This document shows positions 46,401 through 58,400 of a stretch of DNA of 64,000 nt, in pieces. The stretch comes from Eledone cirrhosa. Lineage: Eukaryota. The notes below the pieces were generated by a model. The model was not told the DNA's origin, made no database searches, and saw only the letters and a list, made by a program, of their open reading frames with translations. Within the stretch, counting starts at the first letter, position 1. Every line of letters begins with the position of its first letter. The DNA lies in contig OZ024740.1 in assembly GCA_964016885.1 (NCBI GenBank), positions 418,066,001 to 418,130,000 on the forward strand, read 5' to 3'. The position numbers and the translations under genes were made by a program.

Positions 46401-49070
46401 TGAAACAGACATCTTTTGGTACGTAGTCTACATGAGAGACAGAGGATAGTAAAGGCCTGACAGACTGTCCACTTCAATGACATCTGCCATAGTGAAACTG
46501 ACATCTTTTGGTATGTAGTCTACATGAGAGACAGAGGATAGTAAAGGCCTGACAGACTGTCCACTTCAATGACATCTGTCATAGTGAAACTGACATCTTT
46601 TGGTATGTAGTCTACATGAGTGACAGAGGATAGTAATGGCCTGACAGACTGTGAACTTCAATGACATCTGCCATAGTGAAACAGACATCTTTTGGTATGT
46701 AGTCTACATGAGCGACAGAGGATAGTGTTGGCCTGACAGACTGTCCACTTCAATGACATCTGCCATTGTAAAACTGACATCTTTTGGTATGTAGTTTACA
46801 TGAGAGACAGAGGATAGTAAAGGCCTGACAGATTGTCCACTTCAATGACATCTGCCATAGTGAAACTGACATCTTTTGGAATGTAGTCTACATGAGAGAC
46901 AGGATAGTAAAGGCCTGACAGACTGTGAACTTCAATGACATCTGCCATAGTGAAACTGACATCTTTTGGTATGTAGTCTACATGAAAGACAGAGGATAGT
47001 AAAGGCCTGACAGATTGTCCACTTCAATGACATCTGCCATAGTGAAACTGACATCTTTTGGTATGTAGTCTACATGAGAGACAGGATAGTAAATGCCTGA
47101 CAGACTGTGAACTTCAATGACATCTGCCATAGTGAAACTGACATCTTTTGGTATGTAGTCTACATGAAAGACAGAGGATAGTAAAGGCCTGACAGATTGT
47201 CCACTTCATTGACATCAGCCATAGTGAAACTGACATCTTTTGGTATGTAGTCTACATGAGAGACAGAGGATAGTAAAGGCCTGACAGATTGTCCACTTCA
47301 ATGATATCTGCCATAGTGAAACTGACATCTTTTGGTATGTAGTCTACATCAAATACTGGATAGTATAGGCCTGACAGACTGTCCACTTCAATGACAACTG
47401 CCATAGTGAAACTGACATCTTTTGGTATGTAGTCTACATGAAAGACAGGATAGTAAAGGCCTGAGAGGCTGTCCAATTCAATGACATCTGCCATAGAGAA
47501 ACTGACATCTTTTGGTATGTAGTCTACATGAGAGACAGAGGATAGTATAGGCCTGAGAGACTGTCCACTTCAATGACATCTGCTATAGAGAAACTGACAT
47601 CTGTTGGTATGTAGTCTACACGAGAGACAGAGAATAGTAAAGGCCAGACTGACTGTCCACGTCATTGACATCTGCCATAGTGAAACAGACATCTTTTGGT
47701 ATGTAGTCTACATGAGAGACAGAGGATAGTAAAGGCCTGACAGATTGTCCACTACAATGACAACTGCCATAGTGAATCTGACATATTTTGGTATGTAGTC
47801 TACATGAAAGACAGAGCATAGTAAAGGCCTGACAGACTGTTCAGTTCAATGACATCTGCCATAGTGAAACTGACATCTTTTGGTATGTAGTCTACATGAG
47901 AGACAGAGGATAGTAATGTCCTGGCAGACTGTCCATTTCAATGACATCTGCCATAGTGAAACTGACACCTTTTGGTACGTAGTCTACATGAGAGACAGAA
48001 GATAGTAAAGGCCTGACAGACTGTCCACTTCAATGACATCTGCCATAGTGAAACTGACATCTTTTGGTATGTAGTTTACATGAGAGACAGAGGATAGTAA
48101 AGGCCTGACAGATTGTCCACTTCAATGACATCTGCCATAGTGAAACTGACATCTTTTGGTGGGTAGTTTACATGAGAGACAGAGGATAGTAAAGGGCTGA
48201 CAGACTGTGAACTTCAATGACATCTGCCATAGTGAAACTGACATATTTTGGTATGTAGTCTACATGAAAGACAGAGCATAGTAAAGGCCTGACAGACTGT
48301 TCACTTCAATGTCATCTGCCATAGTGAAACTGACATCGTTTGGTATGTAGTCTACATGAGAGACAGAGGATAGTAATGTCCTCGCAGACTGTCCATTTCA
48401 ATGACATCTGCCATAGTGAAACTGACATCTTTTGGTATGTAGTCTACATGAGAGACAGAGGATAGTAAAGGCCTGACAGACTGTCCACTTCAATGACATC
48501 TGCCATAGTGAAACTGACATCTTTTGGTATGTAGTCTACATGAGAGACAGGATAGTGAAGGCCTGACAGACTGTCCACTTCAATGACATCTGCCATAGTG
48601 AAACTGACATCTTTTGGTATGTAGTTTACATGAGAGACAGAGGATAGTAAAGGCCTGACAGATTGTCCACTTCAATGATATCTGCCATAGTGAAACTGAC
48701 ATCTTTTGGTATGTAGTCTACATGAGAGACAGAGGATAGTAAAGGCCTGACAGATTGTCCACTTCAATGACATCTGCCATAGTGAAACTGACATCTTTTG
48801 GAATGTAGTCTACATGAGAGACAGGATAGTAAAAGCCTGACAGACTGTGAACTTCAATGACATCTGCCATAGTGAAACTGACATCTTTTGGTATGTAGTC
48901 TACATGAAAGACAGAGGATAGTAAAGGCCTGACAGATTGTCCACTTCAATGACATCTGCCATAGTGAAACTGACATCTTTTGGTATGTAGTCTACATGAG
49001 AGACAGGATAGTAAATGCCTGACAGACTGTGAACTTCAATGACATCTGCCATAGTGAAACTGACATCTTT
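37030..49070. repeat. Three consecutive HOR copies with 42-mer (3,854-bp) and 48-mer (4,400-bp) spacing
   Basis: ORF series 37668/41522/45922, 38998/42852/47252 and 39362/43216/47616. The private variant ACCTCAATGA occurs at 40691 and 45091. Confidence 0.93.
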
Positions 49071-52000
49071 TGGTATGTAGTCTACATGAAAGACAGAGGA
49101 TAGTGTTGGCCTGACAGATTGTCCACTTCATTGACATCAGCCATAGTGAAACTGACATCTTTTGGTATGTAGTCTACATGAGAGACAGAGGATAGTAAAG
49201 GCCTGACAGATTGTCCACTTCAATGATATCTGCCATAGTGAAACTGACATCTTTTGGTATGTAGTCTACATCAAATACTGGATAGTATAGGCCTGACAGA
49301 CTGTCCACTTCAATGACAACTGCCATAGTGAAACTGACATCTTTTGGTATGTAGTCTACATGAAAGACAGGATAGTAAAGGCCTGAGAGGCTGTCCACTT
49401 CAATGACATCTGCCATAGAGAAACTGACATCTTTTGGTATGTAGTCTACATGAGAGACAGAGGATAGTATAGGCCTGAGAGACTGTCCACTTCAATGACA
49501 TCTGCTATAGAGAAACTGACATCTGTTGGTATGTAGTCTACACGAGAGACAGAGAATAGTAAAGGCCAGACTGACTGTCCACGTCATTGACATCTGCCAT
49601 AGTGAAACAGACATCTTTTGGTATGTAGTCTACATGAGAGACAGAGGATAGTAAAGGCCAGACTGTCTGTCCACGTCAATGACATCTGCCATAGTGAAAC
49701 AGACATCTTTTGATATGTAGTGTACATGAGAAACAGAGGATAGTAAAGGCCTGACAGACTGTGAACTTCAATGACATCTGCCATAGTGAAACAGACATCT
49801 TTTGGTATGTAGTCTACATGAGCGACAGAGGATAGTGTTGGCCTGACAGACTGTCCACTTCAATGACATCTGCCATTGTAAAACTGACATCTTTTGGTAT
49901 GTAGTTTACATGAGAGACAGAGGATAGTAAAGGCCTGACAGACTGTCCACTTCAATGACATCTGCCATAGTGAAACTGACATTTTTTGGTATGTACTCTA
50001 CATGAAAGACAGAGGATAGTAAAGGCCTGACAGACTGTCCACTTTAATGAGATCTGCCTTAGTGAAACTGACATCTTTTGGTATGTAGTCTACATGAGAG
50101 ACAGAGGAAAGTATAGGACTGACAGACTGTACACTTCAATGACATCTACCATAGTGAAACTGACATCTTTAGGTATGTAGGCTACATGAGAGACAGAGGA
50201 TAGTAAAGGCCAGACTGACTGTCCACGTCAATAACATCTGCCATAGTGAAACAGACATCTTTTGGTATGTAGTCTACATGTGAGACAGAGGGTAGTAAAG
50301 GCCTGACAGACTGTCCACTTCAATGACATCTGCCATAGTGAAACTGACATCTTTTGGTATGTAGTCTACATGAGAGACAGAGGATAGTAAAGGCCTGACA
50401 GACTGTCGACTTAAATGACATCTGTCATAGTGAAACTGACATCTTTTGGTATGTAGTCTATATGAGACAGAGGATAGTATATGCCTGACAGACTGTCCAC
50501 TTCAATGACATCTGCTATAGAGAAACTGACATCTTTTGGTATGTAGTCTACATGAGAGACAGAGAATAGTAAATGCCAGACTGACTGTCCACGTCATTGA
50601 CATCTGCCATAGTGAAACAGACATCTTTTGGTATGTAGTCTACATGAGAGACAGAGGATAGTAAAGGCCTGACAGACTGTCCACTTCAATGACATCTGCC
50701 ATAGTGAAACTGACATCTTTTGGTATGTAGTCAACATGAGAGACAGAGGATAGTAAAGGCCAGACTGACTGTCCACGCCAATGACATCTGCCATAGTGAA
50801 ACAGACATCTTTTCGTATGTAGTCTACATGAGAGACAGAGGATAGTAAAGGCCTGACAGACTGTCCACTTCAATGACATCTGCCATAGTGAAACTGACAT
50901 CTTTTGGTATGTAGTCTTCATGAGAGACAGAGGATAGTAAAGGCCTGACAGACTGTCCACTTCAATGACATCTGTCATAGTGAAACTGACATCTTTTGAT
51001 ATGTAGTGTACATGAGAAACATAGGATAGTAAAGGCCTGACAGATTGTCCACTTCAATGACATCTGTCATAGTGAAACTGACATCTTTCGGTATGTAGTC
51101 TACATGAGTGACAGAGGATAGTAAAGGCCTGACAGACTGTGAACTTCAATGACATCTGCCATAGTGAAACTGACATCTTTTGGTATGTAGTCTACATGAG
51201 AGACAGAGGATAATAAAGGCCTGACAGATTGTCCACTTCAATGATATCTGTCATAGTGAAACTGACATCTTTTGGTATGTAGTCTACATCAGAGACAGAG
51301 GATAGCATAGGCCTGACAGATTTTCCACTTCAATGACATCTGCCATAGTGAAACTGACATCTTTTGGTATGTAGTTTACATGAGAGACAGAGGATAGTGT
51401 TCGCCTGACAGACTGTCCACTTCAATGACATCTGCCATTGTAAAACTGACATCTTTTGGTATGTAGTTTACATGAGAGACAGAGGATAGTAAAGGCCTGA
51501 CAGACCGTCCACTTCAATGACATCTGCCATAGAGAAACTGACATCTTTTGGTATGTAGTCAACATGAGAGACAGAGGATAGTAAAGGCCAGACTGTCTGT
51601 CCACGTCAATGACATCTGCCATAGTGAAACAGACATCTTTTGATATGTAGTGTACATGAGAAACAGAGGATAGTAAAGGCCTGACAGACTGTGAACTTCA
51701 ATGACATCTGCCATAGTGAAACAGACATCTTTTGGAATGTAGTCTACATGAGCGACAGAGGATAGTGTTGGCCTGACAGACTGTCCACTTCAATGACATC
51801 TGCCATTGTAAAACTGACATCTTTTGGTATGTAGTCTACATGAGAGACAGAGGAAAGTATAGGACTGACAGACTGTACACTTCAATGACATCTGTCATAG
51901 TGAAACTGACAGCTTCTGGTATGTAGTCTATATCAGAGACAGATGATAGCATAGGCCTGACGGATTTTCCACTTCAATGACATCTGCCATAGTGAAACTG

Positions 52001-52597
52001 ACATCTTTTGGTATGTAGTCTACATGAAAGGCAGAGGATAGTAAAGGCCTGACAGATTGTCCATTTCAATGACATCTGCCATAGTGAAACTGACATCTTT
52101 TGGTATGTAGTTTACATGAGAGACAGAGGATAGTAATGGCCTGCCAGATTGTCCATTTCAATGACATCTGCCATAGTGAAACTGACATTTTTTGGTGTGT
52201 AATCTACATGAGCGACAGAGGATAGTGTTCGCCTGACAGACTGTCCACTTCAATGACATCTGCCATTGTAAAACTGACATCTTTTGGTATGTAGTTTACA
52301 TGAGAGACAGAGGATAGTAAAGGCCTGACAGACCGTCCACTTCAATGACATCTGCCATAGTGAAACTGACATCTTTTGGTATGTATTCAACATGAGAGAC
52401 AGAGGATAGTAAAGGCCTGACAGACTGTCGACTTCAATAACATCTGCCATAGTGAAACTGACATCTTTTGGTATGTAGTCTACATGAGAGACAGAGGATA
52501 GTAAAGGCCTGACAGACTGTCCACTTCAATGACATCTGCCATAGTGAAACTGACATCTTTTGGTATGTAGTCAACATGAGAGACAGAGGATAGTAAA

Positions 52598-55382
52598 GGC
52601 CTGACAGACTGTCCACTTCAATAAAATCTGCCATAGTGAAACTGACATCTTTTGGTATGTAGGCTACATGAGAGACGGAGGATAGTAAAGGCCAGACTGA
52701 CTGTCCACGTCAATGACATCTGCCACAGTGAAACAGACATCTTTTGGTACGTAGTCTACATGAGAGACAGAGGATAGTAAAGGCCTGACAGACTGTCCAC
52801 TTCAATGACATCTGCCATAGTGAAAATGACATCTTTCGGTATGTAGTCTACATGAGAGACAGAGGATAGTAAAGGCCTGACAGACTGTCCACTTCAATGA
52901 CATCTGTCATAGTGAAACTGACATCTTTTGGTATGTAGTCTACATGAGTGACAGAGGATAGTAATGGCCTGACAGACTGTGAACTTCAATGACATCTGCC
53001 ATAGTGAAACAGACATCTTTTGGTATGTAGTCTACATCAGCGACAGAGGATAGTGTTGGCCTGACAGACTGTCCACTTCAATGACATCTGCCATTGTAAA
53101 ACTGACATCTTTTGGTATGTAGTTTACATGAGAGACAGAGGATAGTAAAGGCCTGACAGACCGTCCACTTCAATGACATCTGCCATAGTGAAACTGACAT
53201 TTTTTGGTATGTAATCTACATGAAAGACAGAGGATAGTAAAGGCCTGACAGACTGTCCACTTCAATGAGATCTGCCTTAGTGAAACTGACATCTTTTGGT
53301 ATGTAGTCTACATGAGAGACAGAGGATAGTAAAGGCCTGACAGATTGTTCATTTCAATGAGATCTGCCATAGTGAAACTGACATTTTTTGGTATGTAGTC
53401 TACATGAGAGACTGAGGAAAGTATAGGACTGACAGACTGTCCACTTCAATGACATCTGCCATAGTGAAACTGACATCTTTAGGTATGTAGTCTACATGAG
53501 AGACAGAGGATAGTAAAGGCCTGACAGACTGTCCACTTCAATGACATCTGCCATAGTGTAACTGACATCTTTTGGTATGTAGTCTACATGAGAGACAGAG
53601 GATAGTAAAGGCCTGACAGACTGTCCACTTCAATGACATCTGCCATAGTGAAACTGACAACTTTTGGTATGTAGTCTACATGAGAGACAGAGGATAGTAA
53701 AGGCCAGACTGACTGTCCACGTCAATGACATCTGCCATAGTGAAACAGACATCTTTTGATATGTAGTGTACATGAGAAACAGAGGATAGTAAAGGCCTGA
53801 CAGATCGTCCACTTCAATGACATCTGTCATAGTGAAACTGACATCTTTTGGTATGTAGTCTACATGAGTGACAGAGGATAGTAAAGGCCTGACAGACTGT
53901 GAACTTCAATGACATCTGCCATAGTTAAACAGACATCTTTTGGTATGTAGTCTACATGAGCGACAGAGGATAGTGTTGGCCTGACAGACTGTCCACTTCA
54001 ATAAAATCTGCCATAGTGAAACTGACATCTTTTGGTATGTAGGCTACATGAGAGACGGAGGATAGTAAAGGCCAGACTGACTGTCCACGTCAATGACATC
54101 TGCCACAGTGAAACAGACATCTTTTGGTACGTAGTCTACATGAGAGACAGAGGATAGTAAAGGCCTGACAGACTGTCCACTTCAATGACATCTGCCATAG
54201 TGAAAATGACATCTTTCGGTATGTAGTCTACATGAGAGACAGAGGATAGTAAAGGCCTGACAGACTGTCCACTTCAATGACATCTGTCATAGTGAAACTG
54301 ACATCTTTTGGTATGTAGTCTACATGAGTGACAGAGGATAGTAATGGCCTGACAGACTGTGAACTTCAATGACATCTGCCATAGTGAAACAGACATCTTT
54401 TGGTATGTAGTCTACATCAGCGACAGAGGATAGTGTTGGCCTGACAGACTGTCCACTTCAATGACATCTGCCATTGTAAAACTGACATCTTTTGGTATGT
54501 AGTTTACATGAGAGACAGAGGATAGTAAAGGCCTGACAGACCGTCCACTTCAATGACATCTGCCATAGTGAAACTGACATTTTTTGGTATGTAATCTACA
54601 TGAAAGACAGAGGATAGTAAAGGCCTGACAGACTGTCCACTTCAATGAGATCTGCCTTAGTGAAACTGACATCTTTTGGTATGTAGTCTACATGAGAGAC
54701 AGAGGATAGTAAAGGCCTGACAGATTGTTCATTTCAATGAGATCTGCCATAGTGAAACTGACATTTTTTGGTATGTAGTCTACATGAGAGACTGAGGAAA
54801 GTATAGGACTGACAGACTGTCCACTTCAATGACATCTGCCATAGTGAAACTGACATCTTTAGGTATGTAGTCTACATGAGAGACAGAGGATAGTAAAGGC
54901 CTGACAGACTGTCCACTTCAATGACATCTGCCATAGTGTAACTGACATCTTTTGGTATGTAGTCTACATGAGAGACAGAGGATAGTAAAGGCCTGACAGA
55001 CTGTCCACTTCAATGACATCTGCCATAGTGAAACTGACAACTTTTGGTATGTAGTCTACATGAGAGACAGAGGATAGTAAAGGCCAGACTGACTGTCCAC
55101 GTCAATGACATCTGCCATAGTGAAACAGACATCTTTTGATATGTAGTGTACATGAGAAACAGAGGATAGTAAAGGCCTGACAGATCGTCCACTTCAATGA
55201 CATCTGTCATAGTGAAACTGACATCTTTTGGTATGTAGTCTACATGAGTGACAGAGGATAGTAAAGGCCTGACAGACTGTGAACTTCAATGACATCTGCC
55301 ATAGTTAAACAGACATCTTTTGGTATGTAGTCTACATGAGCGACAGAGGATAGTGTTGGCCTGACAGACTGTCCACTTCAAT
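52598..55382. repeat. 15-monomer (1,380-bp) tandem duplication, apparently exact
   Basis: ATAAAATCTG at 52621/54001 and ORFs 53630/55010 are offset by 1380 (15x92). Shared private variants: GAAAATGAC, ACTGAGGAAA, CAGATCGTCC, TAGTTAAAC. Confidence 0.93.
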
Positions 55383-55439
55383 GACATCTGCCATTGTAAA
55401 ACTGACATCTTTTGGTATGTAGTTTACATGAGAGACAGA

Positions 55440-58400
55440 GGATAGTAAAGGCCTGACAGACCGTCCACTTCAATGACATGTGCCATATTGAAACTGACAT
55501 CTTTTGGTATGTAGTCTACATGAGAGACAGAGCATAGTAAAGGCCTGACAGACTGTCCACTTCAATGACATCTGCCATAGTGAAACTGACATATTTGGTA
55601 TGTAGTCTACATGAGAGACAGAGGATAGTAAAGGCCTGACAGACTGTCCACTTCAATGACATCTGCCTTAGTGAAACTGACATCTTTTGGTATGTAGTCA
55701 ACATGAAATATAGGATATTAAAGGCCTCACAGACTGTCCACTTCAATGACATCTGACATAGTGAATCTCACATCTTTTGGTATGTAGTCTCCATGAAAGA
55801 CGGAGGATAGTAAAGGCCTGACCGATTGTCCACTTCAATGACATCTGCCATAGTGAAACTGACATCTTTAGGTATGTTGTCTACATGAGAGACAGAGGAT
55901 AGTAAAGGCCTGAGAGATTGTCCACTTCAATGACATCTGTCATAGTGAAACTGACATCTTTTGGTATGTAGTCTACATCAGAGACAGAGGATAGCATAGG
56001 CCTGACAGATTTTCCACTTCAATGACATCTGCCATAGTGAAACTGACATGTTTTGGTATGTAATCTACATGAGCGACAGAGGATAGTGTTCGCCTGACAG
56101 ACTGTCCACTTCAATGACATCTGCCATTGTAAAACTGACATCTTTTGGTATGTAGTTTACATGAGAGACAGAGGATAGTAAAGGCCTGACAGACCGTCCA
56201 CTTCAATGACATCTGCCATAGTGAAACTGACATCTTTTGGTATGTAGTCAACCTGAGAGACAGAGGATAGTAAAGGCCTGACAGACTGTCCACTTCAATG
56301 ACATCTGCCATAGTGAAACTGACAACTTTTGGTATGTAGTCAACATGAGAGACAGAGGATAGTAAAGGCCTGACAGACTGTCCACTTCAATAACATCTGC
56401 CATAGTGAAACTGACATCTTTTGGTATGTAGTCTACATGAGAGACAGAGGATAGTAAAGGCCAGACTGACTGTCCACGTCAATGACATCTGCCATAGTGA
56501 AACAGACATCTTTTGATATGTAGTGTACATGAGAAACAGAGGATAGTAAAGGCCTGACAGATTGTCCACTTCAATGACATCTGTCATAGTGAAACTGACA
56601 TCTTTTGGTATGTAGTCTACATGAGTGACAGAGGATAGTAAAGGCCTGACAGACTGTGAACTTCAATGACATCTGCCATAGTGAAACAGACATCTTTTGG
56701 TATGTAGTCTACATGAGCGACAGAGGATAGTGTTGGCCTGACAGACTGTCCACTTCAATGACATCTGCCATTGTAAAACTGACATCTTTTGGTATGTAGT
56801 TTACATGAGAGACAGAGGATAGTAAAGGCCTGACAGACCGTCCACTTCAATGACATCTGCCATAGTGAAACTGACATTTTTTGGTATGTACTCTACATGA
56901 AAGACAGAGGATAGTAAAGGCCTGACAGACTGTCCACTTCAATGAGATCTGCCTTAGTGAAACTGACATCTTTTGGTATGTAGTCTACATGAGAGACAGA
57001 AGATAGTAAAGGCCTGACAGATTGTCCATTTCAGTGACATCTGCCATAGTGAAACTGACATTTTTTGGTATGTAGTCTACATGAGAGACAGAGGAAAGTA
57101 TAGGGCTGACAGACTGTCCACTTCAATGATATCTGCCATAGTGAAACTGACATCTTTAGGTATGTAGGCTACATGAGAGACAGAGGATAGTAAAGGCCAG
57201 ACTGACTGTCCACGTCAATGACATCTGCCATAGTGAAACGGACATCTTTTGGTTTGTAGTCTACATGAGAGACAGAGGATAGTAAAGGCCTGACAGCCTG
57301 TCCACTTCAATGACATCTGCCATAGTGAAACTGACATCTTTTGGTATGTAGTCTACATGAGAGACAGAGGATAGTAAAGGCCTGACAGACTGTCCACTTC
57401 AATGACATCTGTCATAGTGAAACTGACATCTTTTGATATGTAGTGTACATGAGAAACAGAGGATAGTAAAGGCCTGACAGATTGTCCACTTCAATGACAT
57501 CTGTCATAGAGAAACTGACATCTTTTGGTATGTAGTCTACATGAGTGACAGAGGATAGTAATGGCCTGACAGACTGTGAACTTCAATGACATCTGCCATA
57601 GTGAAACTGACATCTTTTGGTATGTAGTCTACATGAGAGACAGAGGATAGTAAAGGCCTGACAGATTGTCCACTTCAATGATATCTGTCATAGTGAAACT
57701 GACAGCTTTTGGTATGTAGTCTACATCAGAGACAGATGATAGCATAGGCCTGACAGATTTTCCACTTCAATGACATCTGCCATAGTGAAACTGACATTTT
57801 TTGGTGTGTAATCTACATGAGCGACAGAGGATAGTGTTCGCCTGATAGACTGTCCACTTCAATGACATCTGCCATTGTAAAACTGACATCTGTTGGTATG
57901 TAGTTTACATGAGAGACAGAGGATAGTAAAGGCCTGACAGACCGTCCACTTCAATGACATCTGCCATAGTGAAACTGACATCTTTTGGTATGTAGTCAAC
58001 ATGAGAGACAGAGGATAGTAAAGGCCTGACAGACTGTCCACTTCAATAAGATCTGCCATAGTGAAACTGACATCTTTTGGTATGTAGTCTACATGAGAGA
58101 CAGAGGATAGTAAAGGCCTGACAGACTGTCCACTTCAATGACATCTGCCATAGTGAGACTGACATCTTTTGGTATGTAGTCAACATGAGAGACAGAGGAT
58201 AGTAAAGGCCTGACAGACTGTCCACTTCAATAACATCTGCCATAGAGAAACTGACATCTTTTGGTATGTAGTCTACATGAGAGACAGAGGATAGTAAAGG
58301 CCAGACTGACTGTCCACTTCAATGACATCTGCCACAGTGAAACAGACATCTTTTGGTACGTAGTCTACATGAGAGACAGAGGATAGTAAAGGCCTGACAG

